From: Balamuthia mandrillaris
Taxonomy: Eukaryota
DNA length: 64,000 nt
Assembly (NCBI GenBank): GCA_031835245.2
Contig: JAVKOQ020000025.1
Coordinates: 62,001 to 126,000 of the forward strand
Direction: 5' to 3'
The notes beneath the pieces are model-generated. The model saw nothing but the letters and a program-made list of their open reading frames with translations. It had not been told where the DNA came from and did no database searches. A program made the position numbers and the translations under genes. Of the stretch, positions 45,456 through 57,930 are shown in pieces. The stretch's first letter is position 1, and each line of letters starts with the position of its first letter.

Positions 45456-45959
45456 CTTTTTGCTGCTCTCTCGCGCTGAGATTGTTTTTGATTTTGATTG
45501 TTGTGTGGGTGAGGTTGGGGTTGGTGAGTGAGAATTTGATTTTTTGAAATGAGAGAGAGTGAGTGAGAGAGAGGGAGGGAAGGAAGGAAGGAAGGGGAGA
45601 GAATCAAAGAAGAGGAGGGCAGTGCAGGTTACCCGTTTGCCTCGTACTGCTTTACTACAAAAAAAAAAAGTGTAGTGGCGGGAGGCAAATTTTTTTCGTC
45701 GACACGTGAAACAACGTAATGAAATTCGAATTTTCGGAATGGAACATACGAAATTTCAATGGGTCGTGGGTTCGATTCCGGGCGTTTGCAACTGTTTTTT
45801 TGTTATCAAAATAAAATTCATGGAGAGGAGTTCCATAAGGGTAGGCGAGAAGCGCGGAGCTCTCGCGTTGCTTCCTCTGGTTTGTTTTTGTTTTTTTCTT
45901 TTCGTCTTTGCCGGCTTTGGGTAGTTGAGACATTGTTTGTTCAGGTCAGATAAAGGGAA

Positions 45960-47100
45960 CCTCTCCAGACGAACTCTACGAAGAGACTGCGTTGGGTTGG
46001 TTCAGCTCAGGAACCCGAACTTCATCCACATTTTTCCTCCCACTCATGCTTGATCACCCGCAAACAACATCGTCCACTGCACCTTACCTCTCGAGGGACC
46101 CAGCGAAACATCAAAAGCACACACCCTCTGGACTCATCGAAGATAGGATCCCAAGAAGGAGAACGCCAACTTGGTCACATACGCATTGATCGCAGCGATC
46201 ATCGGCCAGCCGAAAGCATAAGAAGAAGCAATCAACGGACCAGATCGAAACTCGTGGTTAAAAGCGATGTCTCGCTCTTTGGCTTATATAGCGTGTGCAC
46301 TTTTGATGTTTCGCTGGGTCCGAGGTAGATGAGCTCCTTTGCTTTGGCGCCCAGCTTCTTTCGGTCGTCGCCGGGTATGAGGCGTCCATGCTTTGCTTCC
46401 AAAGATTTGGAGGTGTCCGAGGGATAGTTTCTTGCCGGTCCAGGCTTCTTCTGGTGTCATCCCGTTGACTGCGCTGGTGCCGGTATGGTTTGTGATGTAG
46501 TTCGCCACGCTAATGGCCGGTCTCCAATTCTTCTCGTCTCCACCGTCCGGCGTACTGGAGCATGTATCGTGATTTCTCCATAAGCATCCTGTTCTTCCTT
46601 CCGGCGACTACGTTCTGCTCCGGTGTGTGGGGTACTGACGTCTGGTGTAGTATGCCTTGCTTATGCAGATGCTTTTGAAGCTGTTACTGAGGTACTCGCC
46701 GCCGTTGTCGCTTCGTAGCGCCTTGATCTTTTTGCTGCTTTGGTTGGCGGATAAGGCTTCGAACTCTTGGAATCGTTCCAGTGCAACGTCCTTCGTGGCT
46801 AGGCCGCAGACCCAGGTCGTCTGGTCAGGTCATCTGTGAAGAAGATGAAATATTTTTTAAATCCTTCTCTATCGCTCGGGTGGCCGGTTCCGTACTAATG
46901 GGGTGTGGGATTGCCGTTGAAGCAGGTGGTCCACGGTGCGAGGGTTGCGTTGCTGGGTATGTCGACCCCGTTCGTGATCTTTGGTAGTTCCTTCAGCTTC
47001 TCGATGCTGATGTGGCCCAAGCGCTAATGCCATTCATCCACACGTCTTCATTTGGCATTTCAGTCTCGGAATCCGTGTGCATCGAACGGTCTAATCTTTG
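45960..47100. mobile_element. Degenerate Ty1/copia LTR-retrotransposon pol fragments in opposite orientations
   Basis: Minus strand: WH*RLGHIS, IKALRSDNGGEY, QTSVPHTPEQN and TPEEAWTGKK...HLQIFGSKAW (integrase). Plus strand: SETSKA and P..*EEAINGPDRNSWLKAM (region before RT). Multiple stops and frameshifts. No LTRs recognised. Confidence 0.85.
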
Positions 47101-48153
47101 ACTTGCCTTTCATGCAAAGTGGTAGAAGGAGGAGATTGTGAGCGTGGGTGGCGGTTTTGGTGTTGCTGTCAAGGTAAATATAAAGGTAATACTGGCATAA
47201 CAGGTTGTTGCTCTGGTCCTTGTGGGGGGATGAGATGAGTGGGCACTCGATCGAACAACCTCAAAACAAAGCGCTAGTAGCACTGACGTAGAGTTGTTTC
47301 CCGAGAGCAAACCCAAAACTCCGTTCTTTGACGGCAGTGCCAAGCGAGAATCTTCTTTGGTCGGGTTTCTCTTCTCATGAAGATTTCCGCTGCGCTTTTT
47401 TTTTTTTTTTTGCGGTATTTGTTGACTATTTGCTCCGGGTGTTGCACGTACGTTGTGTCAGGAGGGTTTGTGACGAGCGCCCACCGGCAAAATGAGTTAC
47501 ACCAATTATGGAATGAAGAGAAACCGTCACTTTTGTCCTTTTATAAGCTATTTCCGGAAAGCTGCGTTTACCAAATGAGTACCGTTTCCAGGTTACCGTA
47601 TCCACGATCCCCAAATAAGGTATACAACCGATAAATTTGATGAAATTTGCCCCAGTTTCTTGTTCTCTCCCGTAAATGCTGTGCCCTTTTCGCAATAAAA
47701 CCCCAAAAAGTCTTACAGACAGCACAGCTGTGCAGGTCTACACCCTTGCCAGGCATTCCCCTGCTATCGCCTCTTTGAATAGGGCCTGTTGTTCTTGGCC
47801 TCCCCGATTTCTTTTTTTCAAAGTCTCCTCCCGTTGGCCTCTTAAGTCTGTAAGTTTCTTGTTTTTTCCCCCTCCCGTTAAGTTGGGTCCAGACTTTAAA
47901 CTTTTCGTGTGAAGGGCAGGCAGAGAGAGAAAGAGAGAAAATAGATTTAAAGAAAAGTCTCCCAACATGGAACACCTTGCACAGCGTGGTCTGCCCGATG
48001 GTCGGCGACCTAGAGCCAGACCCCATGGGGGTCATCTATCCCCGAGAAAATCGGTTGGCTCGAGCTCCTTGAGAGTATCTCCGTTGGGGTAGATATTTTT
48101 TTCTTTTTTTGTTTTCCCATCCCTCTCCTCATCCTTCTCTTCCCCCTCTTCTG

Positions 48154-48176
48154 ATGGAACCAAAATCTATTCTCAC

Positions 48177-48221
<45 letters not shown>

Positions 48222-51200
48222 AAAAAAAAAAGATTGCTTATTCCTGTCAACAGTGCTATCCATTCTTCTTCATCTTCTTCATCCTCTGCAGCTGCCCCCT
48301 CTTCCTCATCATCCTCTTCATCTTCTTCAGCTCAAACCAAACCAAAAAACGTAGAAACAATCCAGAAACAAACCAACCAAACAGAGGGGGAGGATGGTGA
48401 TGACGCAGAGGATGATGACGATGATGAAGGCAACGCACAAATAGTTCAAAAGAAGGGCGAAGGACGGGGTGGAAGAGCGAAGGGTGAGGCGGGGGAGATG
48501 ACGGGCGGTGGCGTATTGACCGCCCCTTATCACGACAAACTTGCGACCGTTTACGAATATCTCCAAAGCGGAGGTAACCTGCTCCGATTCTTCTGTCCTC
48601 TCTCCTCTCCCCCCTCTTCTTTCGTGGGCGGAGTGGAGGAGCCCGAGGAGCAGACAGGGAGAGAGGGCCCCGTGGGGGTTGACCTGGAGCGCATGTCCGT
48701 GCAACGCGACGAGGTCTGTTCTCCATTTTCTTTCTATTCGTCTCTCCATATTACGCTTACAACCACTTTATTTCATTGTGCTATATTAGATGGTGGTGGC
48801 GGCGAGTTTGCCCTTTGTGGTTGTTGGGAGAAGCTTGGAGTCTTTGGAGCGGGTGGAGGAGCACGTTAGACAAGCTGTGGCGCAGTTGCTTTGTAAACTA
48901 AAGTACTTTTCTATTTTCTCTTTCTCCTCCTTCTCCTTCTCCTTCTCCTTCTCCTTCTCCTTCTCCTTCTCCTTCTCCTTCTCCTTCTCCTTCTCCTTCT
49001 CCTTCTCCTTCTCCTTCTCCTTCTCCTTCTCCTTCTCCTTCTCCTTCTCCTTCTCCTTCTCCCTTCTCCTTCTCCTTCTCCTTCTCCTTCTCCTTCTCCT
49101 TCTCCTTCTCCTTCTCCTTCTCCTTCTCCTTCTCCTTCTCCTTCTCCTGTTTAACTGTTATTATGCAGAACGCCTTTTGTAGATCTATTATTTATTGAGT
49201 TGGAATGGGTGGAACACATTGTAAAGAAAGTGGAGGAAGGAGCGAACAGGCAACGGCAATCGAGCTTGGCCATCACCGCCTTGATGAAGGCTTTGGACCA
49301 AGTTGTTCAGTCTGGAAGTGGTAATGAGAACTTCTTGCTTTTCTTTCTTAATTTTTCTTGGGACTCACATATTTCTGATAGCACGCAATATCGGCGTTAC
49401 AGAATGGCCTTCTTGGATTGTTGCTCAAGCGAATACTATTGCAGAGTTAAACGGATGGAGGTAGACTTTTCTTACAGTTCTTTTCTTCTTTCTTTTCTTC
49501 TTTTTTTTTTCTCTTGCTGCTTTCTTTTCTTCTTACTTCTTTCTTCTTTCTTCTTTCTTCTTTCTTCCTAATTTTTTTTATTGCAAGTCTGTTTGTTGCA
49601 TACGAACAAGTGAATGAACGTATTTCTGAGGAAGTAACCTCTATGTGCGAACATTTTAATATTGGAGTACGCATTTATATTTATTTCTTCTCAAGGCTTT
49701 TCTTTTTTAACAAATTTGCTACTAACCTCTGTTTTTGAAACCCAAAAGATCATTCAACACCACTCGAACAACATAGCAAAACATACAACACAATTGACGA
49801 GCATCCTTGTGAACGATGCCAATCATTATTTGCTGGAGCAGCGAATAACAGCTTCTTCTCCAGTTCCGCCCCTTACTATCTCTAACGCATGCGAAAAACG
49901 CGAAGATGAAGAAGAAGAAGAAGCGGAACGAGAGGAAGCAAAGCATTATGAAAGAGACAGAAAAACAAAAGCGGGAACAAAGCTGCCACGAACGCCGCGA
50001 AAAACGGGTGGGCTATCCAAACAAATTGCTAGAATACGCGCCCAACAACAATCTAGAGTGTTGCCTATAGGTGACTTTACATCTCTCTTTCTTTGGCTTC
50101 TCTTTTTTGTTGATTTTAATGATGTTCCAGCAGAAGCAAGCACTTTAGAGGAAGAACTGTTCAAAATGTTAGTGTTTCATCAAAAAGCCCTTTCTCGCTA
50201 TGTTAGGTTTGTCCTCTCTCCGGAACACAGCTACGATGACATCTTTCAAAAAACCACTCAACTAGTCAGCGAGTTATTGCATCTTGAAGACGAGAGCATG
50301 TCTGGCTTTTGTTGCATTCAAGAATGGAATCCTCACACCAAAGAACTGATCACTCGTGCAGAGAGCAATCGTACCTCAATCTCTCCTTCTTCATCTCCTT
50401 CCTCGTCTTCTCGTTTGCCTTCTACTCTTTCATCTCTTTACTCTCTTCAACGGAGATATTCTTTGCCAGAACAAACCATCATCGACCGACTTAACCCTCG
50501 GAACAGCCGGTTTTACGCCTCCTCCTCTTCGTTACCATCTCCTCGACCAAAAATGAACAACAAAAGCAACAAAAACGTATCGCGTCGTACATGTTTCTTC
50601 GACTTTACAAAGAAAAAACGAAACGCAAACGATCCAAACAAAAATAGCAATACCATTCCCTTATCTTCATTTTGGAAACGCATTTACGATTCGGTTCGTG
50701 AACGATATCACAACGAAGTTTCTTATGGTTTTGCTTTTCTGTTGGGACGCGCCAATACTCCAACAAGAACTACAAGTGCATCAGAAAACGAAGCTGAAAA
50801 GGGAAAAGGTTTTGACTATAGCCCGCGAGGAGAACATCCCAAGTTCTGTGGTGAGAATGAAGCTTTTGGAGTGCTGCACGTGTTCTACAATAGTTTGCAT
50901 CGCTTTGGACCTTCAGAAAAGTCTTTGGTGTCATGCATTGCCGATCTTCTTACACGTATGTTATGCTTTTTCTTTATTTGTTCTTTCGTCTTCTCATTCT
51001 CTGCTTGTTTAAATTCCTTCAGAGGCGATACAACAAAAGAAAATGAATGCCGCACTTTGGGAAAGCAATCGCCGGTTTCAAGTGATGGCTGACACTGCTC
51101 CTGTTCTCTTGTGTATGTTTATCATTCCACGTCCTGCATTCTTTGTGCTCCACTCTGTATTTATTACATTAGCTTACACTTGCTCCTTTCCTTTTCTTTT

Positions 51201-54037
51201 TTAAAGGGATGAGTGGTGAAGATGGTTTAACCAACTTCTTCAACAAGCGCTGGTTAGAATTTACTGGCAGGACAATGGAAGAAGAAGTAGGACGCGGATG
51301 GACAGAAGGTGTTCATCCAGATGATTATCCATATTGTATGAATGTCCTTCTGTCCCACTTTAACGCTCGTAAACCGTTTCAAATGGAGTATCGATTGCGT
51401 CATCATAGCGGAGAATATCGGTTTGTTTTCTTTATGATCTATTTTGAAAAATGTGCTGTTTCTGGTCTAATGGCCTGTGATGAAAAAATAGGTGGATTTA
51501 TGACATAGGAACACCTCGTTTTGGGCACAAAGGAGAGTTTCAAGGATTTATAGGATCATGCGTTGATATCATGGAGAGAAAACATGCGGAGGCGTTGGCT
51601 TTGGAGGCAAAACAATTCGAGACTGCCAGCAAAGCAAAGTCCTTGTTTGTTTCTTTCTTGAGTCACGAAACTAGGGTATGTTCTTCTTCCTTATTTCTTC
51701 TTTCATTCATTCGTTCCTTTCTGATATTTTCTCTTTGGTTCTTCGTTGTCGTTGTTGTTGTTTTTTTTTTTTTCAATAATTGCAGAACCCTTTAAATGCG
51801 GTAATCGGAAGTAACCAGCTTTTGCTGGAAACCAATCTTTCAAGAGAGCAACGGCTTTATGCCAAAAACATTGAAACAGCAACGGAGTTGCTTCTCGATT
51901 TGATCAGTGATGTTCTTGGTATTATTTTCTCTCTCGTTTCCTCTTCTCATTTCTCTTCGTCTTTCTTTAGTTTCGTCATTCTTATCTTTTTCAATTCCAA
52001 AGACTTGAGCAAGATAGAAGCGAACAAGGTAGAGTTGGAAGATATTGAGTTTGATCTTCGTGATGTGGTAGAGACCGCAGTTGAACTTATGACCTTTGGC
52101 GTTCCTCCTGTTGTTTTAGGTCTGTTATTTTTATGTTATTTTTTTGTTTAGTTTTTCAATGTTGTTAACTATTGTGGTTTTGTTTGTCGTGTTATGTAGG
52201 AAGGAAACCCGGACGACAGAAAACAAACGTAGACGGTCATCCAAAGGTCGAAATAGCCTCTTTTATCTCTCCCAACGTTCCTTTCTTGCTTCGTGGTGAT
52301 CCTACTCGTATTCGACAAATGTAAAACCTTCCTCCGGTTTCTTTGTTCATTCTCTTGCTTTCTTTTTTTCTGTTCGTTCATTAATACTCTTTATTTCTTC
52401 AGCATTATCAACTTTCTTTCCAACGCGAGAAAGTTCACTTCCGATGGATATGTCCTTCTTAGCGTTACTCTCCTTGAAGAGAGTAGTTCCTCCGCCAAAC
52501 TTCGCGTCAACTGTCAAGACACCGGCATAGGTGTTCTTCCTGAGGATGAACATCTCTTGTTTCGTCTTTTCAGCCAGGTGGAAGGAGCTACAACAAGAAG
52601 AAAGTTTGGGGGTACAGGATTAGGACTCTATCTCAGCAAACAGCTTGTAAAGCTGATGGGAGGAAGGATTGGCTTCGAGTCAAGTGCTGGTAAAGGAGCT
52701 AACTTTTGGTTCGAAGTGGAACTGACGAAAGCGTCTTCTGCACCTTCTCTTTCCGCCCCTGCTCTACCCTCGTCATCGTTATCTTATCCTCTTTCTTCAT
52801 CTCCATCAACCATATCTTCTTCTTCTATTTCTTCATCATCTTCTGCTTTATCTGAAGCAGAAAATGAAGAAGATAAAGAGGAGAAAAACGAAGGAAGGAA
52901 GTGGAGAGTATTAGTGGTGGAATCACTGGACGTCGTTAGGCGTGTATGTCAAGACTATCTCAACAGCGTTCCTGACATCGAATGCTTCTCAGCTCATCCC
53001 AGTCAAGTTCGTGAAACAGGCCTTTCTTCGTTCTTCCTTTCTACAAACAACATAAACGAAGAAAAAGAACAAAATAGCAGAGAAACGATGATTGATGTTT
53101 GTTTGTTGCGAAGCGACTGTTTTGACGTTGCTGCTCAAGTCAAACAAACGGATCCAGAACTCTACGAAGAGATATGTTGGGTTGGTTTAGCTCACGAACT
53201 CGAGCTTCATCAACTTTTTCCGCCTCATTCCCCGTCACCTCAAACCGAAACTGCATTCTCAACGTTAGAACGAAGAGAGAATCTTTACAGTTGTTGCGCT
53301 TCGTTTGTTGTAAAACCAGTGAAAATGCAACCTCTTATCGAAACGGTACGAGGGGCAGCGATCATGCATCAACTACGAAAAAAGAAGCTACAGCATGAAA
53401 AAGACATGGCAGAAAGTGAACTCGCCTCATCTACAATTGAACTGGAAGATGAAGCAGAGAACAGACCAGATGAAGAGGAAGAAGAGGAAGAAGAACATAT
53501 CGAACGAAAAGTGGACGCGAAAACGATATTGTTGGTGGAAGATAATAGTTTAAACCAACGAGTACTTTGTAGGATCATAGAGAAAGCTGGCCATTCCTGT
53601 GAGATAGCTGGTGATGGCGTTGAAGCTCTGATTGCTGTCGAAAAGAAAGAGTATGATCTTATATTCATGGATTTGTTGGTACGTGCTTCAGTCTCTCTTC
53701 CTCTTGTTCGTGTTACTTTTATTAACTTAAAAACTTCTTTCCTAGATGCCAAAGATGGATGGCTTTACTGCTGCCGTGAAGATAAGAGAGAGGGAACGAA
53801 AATATAAGCCAGCTGGTTGCCGCGTTCCTATCATTGCTCTCACTGGAAACGTTTTGGTATGTTTGTGCTCTCTAGCTCTGTTTGCAATCTTAGACCTGAC
53901 CTCTCCTTTTTTTTTCCCCCCACATTGCAGTTGGAAGATATGAACAAATGTCTCCAATGCGGAATGGACGGCTTTCTTACAAAGGTTTCTATTTCTCCAT
54001 CTCCTGGTCTTATGTTCAATTTTTTTTGTTTGCTCAC

Positions 54038-54073
<36 letters not shown>

Positions 54074-54142
54074 AAGCCGATAAAAAGAGAGGCAATAGTG
54101 AGCAGCATTCAAAGGTGGTGCTACAATGAGGCTTCTCAATAA
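48154..54142 (+). CDS. Hybrid sensor histidine kinase (PAS - HisKA - HATPase - degenerate receiver - receiver), multi-exon
   Basis: PAS FFNKRWLEFTG...VHPDD...EYRLRHHSGEYR; H-box FLSHETR|NPLN; GDPTRIRQ, NFLSNARKFT, DTGIG and GGTGLGL; receiver ILLVEDN...LIFMDLL|MPKMDG...FLTK|P. Start codon uncertain. Confidence 0.93.
48920..49148 (+). repeat. Intronic (TTCTCC)n microsatellite
   Basis: Directly visible. Confidence 0.95.
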
Positions 54143-54226
54143 TACAGTAAAAAATATTTAAAAACAAGGGTTTGCCATAACTACTCCCTTTGAAATGTTA
54201 AAAAAAAAAAAAGAAAGAGTTGCGTA

Positions 54227-54680
54227 TCAGTAAGATATGCTCACACAAACGTCGCTGGTGAAGTCGAACTCCTGCCCAGTCTCGACCTTTCTCGAATTGG
54301 CGGGAGCATCGCCAATGTAAACAGCCATAACGGCACGGAGAGGACGCTGTAACTTCTGAGCGGTGTGTGCGTTTATGGCATCAACGCTGATCTTGTTCGT
54401 TTGGTCACCGTCGCACATCCTCCATGTGCTATGGTGATAGTAGAGTTGTGAGATCCCCGGCTGGGTGCCACCGCCAGCGGGAGACAGCTTCCACACATGC
54501 AGGTTAAAGGTTTTAAGGGGTCTTGTATCATTTTATATATATTTGGAACATAACAAATGGTTAGTTAACGTTTGATGGGGTTGTTTTTGTTGGCGTGGGC
54601 CCACTTACTCCTGTGGTTGGCCAGGTCCTCGCTTTCCGATAAGAACCAAAAACACCAACTCTAACGTGATAGGAGATTGC
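54227..54680 (-). CDS. Hypothetical small protein or gene fragment of unknown function
   Basis: High-complexity ~100-codon open frame. It has a plausible intron (GTAAGT donor near 54610, CTAAC branch site, AAG acceptor). No start codon or family recognised. Confidence 0.3.
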
Positions 54681-54693
54681 TAATTTCTCAAGT

Positions 54694-54900
54694 TTAGTAG
54701 GGGTAGAGAGGAGCAGGCAGAGCTGCCATCCTCACCATCCTAAAACTCGTTTTCCTCCTCTGCAGTGTCCATTGTTCTCCTTGTTGAGTCCCGCATGTCA
54801 AGGCGTGAAGGTGGGCGACGCGATGTTGATGTGCTCCTCCTTCTTTCTGGGGGTCGGTGACGACGCGATGAGAAGCAGACACTGACCCGTCCTTTCTCGA
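54694..54900 (-). pseudogene. Decayed copy of the SOD-like tandem family
   Basis: VAHLHALTCG.QQGEQW, plus a 3' end (ggcagagctgccatcctcacc on +) shared with the intact copies. Internal deletions. Confidence 0.7.
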
Positions 54901-55110
54901 AACGCCCAATGCTTATGCGCAATAATGTTATACGCAACGAGTGCACTGCAAAACAACAGGAAACCGAGGTGGTTTCTGCTCACTGGACCATAACCAGATT
55001 GACTCACCAACCTTGTCCGCCTTTGGTTGAAAGAATACTGGCCATCCCCTCAAGCTTTGGGTATTCTCAAACATTGTTTTGTAAGGCCTTCAAATTGGAA
55101 CTTTTTAAGT

Positions 55111-55818
55111 TTAAAAGAAGGAGAAAAGGGAGAGGGAGGAGGCAGAGCTGCCATCCTCACCGTCGTTCGAGGCGCTGCCGTCTTCCGCGCTGTCCTCGGA
55201 GGAGCTCCCGTCCTCTCCGTCCTCAGAAGCGCCATCCACACCCACTTCCGTCCAAACCAGGTTGCAGCACAACATTTTAGGGCTTTCATCGTGGATGACG
55301 AAAGAGGGGGCTTCGGTCTTGGGGTCCGCAGGGGCATAGCGCTCAGTGCCCATGGCGGAGGTGTAGTTCTGAGGGCCAGCCACAAAGTTCTGCAACCAGA
55401 ACTCGTTGTCCTCCTCGGCGGTGGGGATGGAGGTGTTGAACTTCCAGTGTCCTCCTCCTTGCGTGTCCTCGCAGGGCAATGCGTGAAGGTGTGCCACCAA
55501 GTCTCCTGCCATTTGTCTTTTGAGGATGTAGCCGAATGCGGCGGTGATCCTGCCGCAGGAGACGACCTCTCCCTCGGTGCTCTCCCAAATGCCAAGGAAG
55601 GCAGCCCCGCTGTCAAATTCGATCCAGTTCTCAAAGGTAGTCCAGTTGGACTCGCATTGCGCCACCCACTTGAGGTTGTAGGTGTCCGCCTTCAACTCCT
55701 CGTCGATGTAATCCTGGCACTGAGCCTGGAAGGTCTCGGCATCCTGGGCAAAGGCCGCGGAGGCCAAGAGCAACAACGCGGCCACCACAAGAGAGAGCGA
55801 GAGTTTGGTTAAAGCCAT
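55111..55818 (-). CDS. Secreted Cu/Zn-SOD-fold (Cu-only-like) protein, copy 1
   Basis: Signal peptide; AHLHALPC...GGGHW...NEFWL...SFVIH...KMLCC; S/E/D-rich spacer and hydrophobic C-terminus. Intronless. The gene is certain; the SOD-family call is by motif resemblance. Confidence 0.7.
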   Translation of the reverse strand: MALTKLSLSLVVAALLLLASAAFAQDAETFQAQCQDYIDEELKADTYNLKWVAQCESNWTTFENWIEFDSGAAFLGIWESTEGEVVSCGRITAAFGYILKRQMAGDLVAHLHALPCEDTQGGGHWKFNTSIPTAEEDNEFWLQNFVAGPQNYTSAMGTERYAPADPKTEAPSFVIHDESPKMLCCNLVWTEVGVDGASEDGEDGSSSEDSAEDGSASNDGEDGSSASSLSLFSFF

Positions 55819-56423
55819 TTCTTCGTGTGCGTAGGAAAACTGTTGGTGTGTTGTGTGTGCACCGGAAAGCAGAACAGCGCTGAAAAAATTGCCGGAAGAA
55901 ACGTTTATTGCCCCATAAAGTGATTATTTAATCACTGATTATTATTCGTCCAATGGTATTTCAAAAAAAAGAGTTAAAATGAATTAAAATTTTCCTTTTT
56001 ACTAATTCGAACCACCAATGGAAAATCAGAAGTAAATGTCGGGTCGACACGCCTCCTTCTTGGCTATGACGGTAACACCTGGCTGGAGGGTCGCAGTTGC
56101 GCGCACGTTCCCATGCATGCGAGCACCTCTTCCCGATACTGAAGAGCAAGCTTTTCTATTGTCTCTCCCAATGCAAAACATATCCACGCCCTTGCTATCG
56201 ACGCGCTTCGAGATGCAGCTGTTTAAATGGTGGTTTTGTGGACAATGACCACCCCCTGATTGAGCACAAGTCCCTCTTGGTTGACCATAACTTATCATTC
56301 CCCTCGAGCCAGTTATTCTCAACAACGCTAAACGACTCTCCGTTTCCTCATCCCCAACCTCCACAAAACTCACTGCAACTCTTTTTTTTCAGGAAAAAGA
56401 ACTTCCCCAAAGCGTATCTTGTT

Positions 56424-57131
56424 TCAGAAGAAGGAGAAAAGGGAGAGGGAGGAGGCAGAGCTGCCATCCTCACCATCGTTCGAGGCGCTGCCGTCTTCCG
56501 CGCTGTCCTCAGAGGAGCTCCCGTCCTCTCCGTCCTCAGAAGCGCCATCCACACCCACTTCCGTCCAAACCAGGTTGCAGCACAACCTCTTAGGGCTCGC
56601 TTCGTGGATGACGAAAGAGGGAGCTTCGGTCTTGGGGTCCGCAGGGGCATAGCGCTCAGTGCCCATGGCGGAGGTGTAGTTCTGAGGGCCCGCCACAAAG
56701 TTCTGCAACCAGAACTCGTTGTCCTCCTCGGCGGTGGGGATGGAGGTGTTGAACTTCCAGTGTCCTCCTCCTTGCGTGTCCTCGCAGGGCAATGCATGAA
56801 GGTGTGCCACCAAGTTCCCTGCCGTTTGTCTTTTGTCGATGTATTGGAACTCGGCGGTGATCCTGCCGCAGGAGACGACCTCTCCCTCGGTGCTCTCCCA
56901 AATGCCAAGGAAAGCAGCCCCGCTCTCAAAGACGACGAAGGACTCGAAAGCGGTCCAGTTGGACTCGCACTGAGCGACCCACTTGAGGTTGTAGGTGTCC
57001 GCCTTCAACTCCTCGTCGATGTAATCCTGGCACTGGGCTTGGAAGGTCTCGGCATCCTGGGCAAAGGCCGCGGAGGCCAAGAGCAACAACGCGGCCACCA
57101 CAAGAGAGAGCGAGAGTTTAGCAAGAGCCAT
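56424..57131 (-). CDS. Secreted Cu/Zn-SOD-fold (Cu-only-like) protein, copy 2
   Basis: Same length as and highly similar to copy 1. Retains HLH, GGGH, VIH and KRLCC. Confidence 0.72.
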   Translation of the reverse strand: MALAKLSLSLVVAALLLLASAAFAQDAETFQAQCQDYIDEELKADTYNLKWVAQCESNWTAFESFVVFESGAAFLGIWESTEGEVVSCGRITAEFQYIDKRQTAGNLVAHLHALPCEDTQGGGHWKFNTSIPTAEEDNEFWLQNFVAGPQNYTSAMGTERYAPADPKTEAPSFVIHEASPKRLCCNLVWTEVGVDGASEDGEDGSSSEDSAEDGSASNDGEDGSSASSLSLFSFF

Positions 57132-57439
57132 TTCTTCGTCGGCGTGCGTAAAGTTTAAAGTAAACGCGTCTGTCCGTATGCCTGTGTTTACGGGGCAGAG
57201 GGAGTGAAAGGTACCAAAAAAAAAATAAGGTTTACCTGAAGCGGAGTGCGGTGCCACTCCCATTAGTGCTCGTGGCTTATTATTATGAATTACCCTTTGC
57301 AATAATGTTTTGTCCAATGAAAGGACACGATCGGAAATTAATTATTAAATATTCCCTTTTGTGACTAATGGTGTGACGTCAGACGATGCGGCAGAGGGCC
57401 AATAGGAAATCAGATAGTTGGTCTTTAATTTTCGTGTCG

Positions 57440-57660
57440 ACACGGTACTCTGTCCAGCCAAAACTCGTTTTTTTGATTCTCCAAGAGTTGAGCTTCCGGT
57501 GCTCCTCCTCCTTGCGTGTCCTCGCATTTGGAAAGGCGCGAAGGTGGGCCACCAAGTTGGTCAGCGTTTGCCTTTTTGGCAAGGTCCTAGTCGAACTTGG
57601 CGGTGAACCTGCCGCCAGGAGAACTTCTCTTCCAAATGGCTAGGAAGGCAGCACCGTCGA
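57440..57660 (-). pseudogene. Decayed copy of the SOD-like tandem family
   Basis: KRQTLTNLVAHLRAFP and cctcctccttgcgtgtcctcgca shared with copies 1 and 2. Frameshifted. Confidence 0.7.
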
Positions 57661-57930
57661 AGAAAAGGTTGTTGTTACAATAACTTGCGTTCTTTCTTGT
57701 TCTTCTGCTTCTCCTTCTTGTTGTTCTTGTTCATGTTCTTCTTCATGTTCTTCTTCTTGTTCTTCTGCTTCTTCTTCTTCTTTTTCTTCTTCTTCTTCTT
57801 TTTATTTTTCTTCCTCGCTTTGTTTGTGTCTGTGGAGTTCCACAGCTAGCTTGGTTGGGAGGAACAGGCTGTTGTTTAGGGATGGCCATTTTATTCTCAA
57901 CTACGAGGAGTTGACAATTTCGCCAAGCTT

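Noticed and set aside
44358..45479. 373-aa plus-strand ORF, and similar long ORFs antisense to the vWA-Hint and SOD-like genes
   Set aside because: Shadow ORFs on the antisense strand of GC3-rich real genes, with no recognisable motifs.
45685..45791. Possible complete tRNA gene
   Set aside because: A B-box and T-run are present, but the T stem does not pair and there is no D arm or anticodon arm. Kept only as a relic element.
47340..48100. Short ORFs or a possible LTR next to the copia remnant
   Set aside because: No protein motifs, no second LTR copy, and no primer-binding site could be identified.
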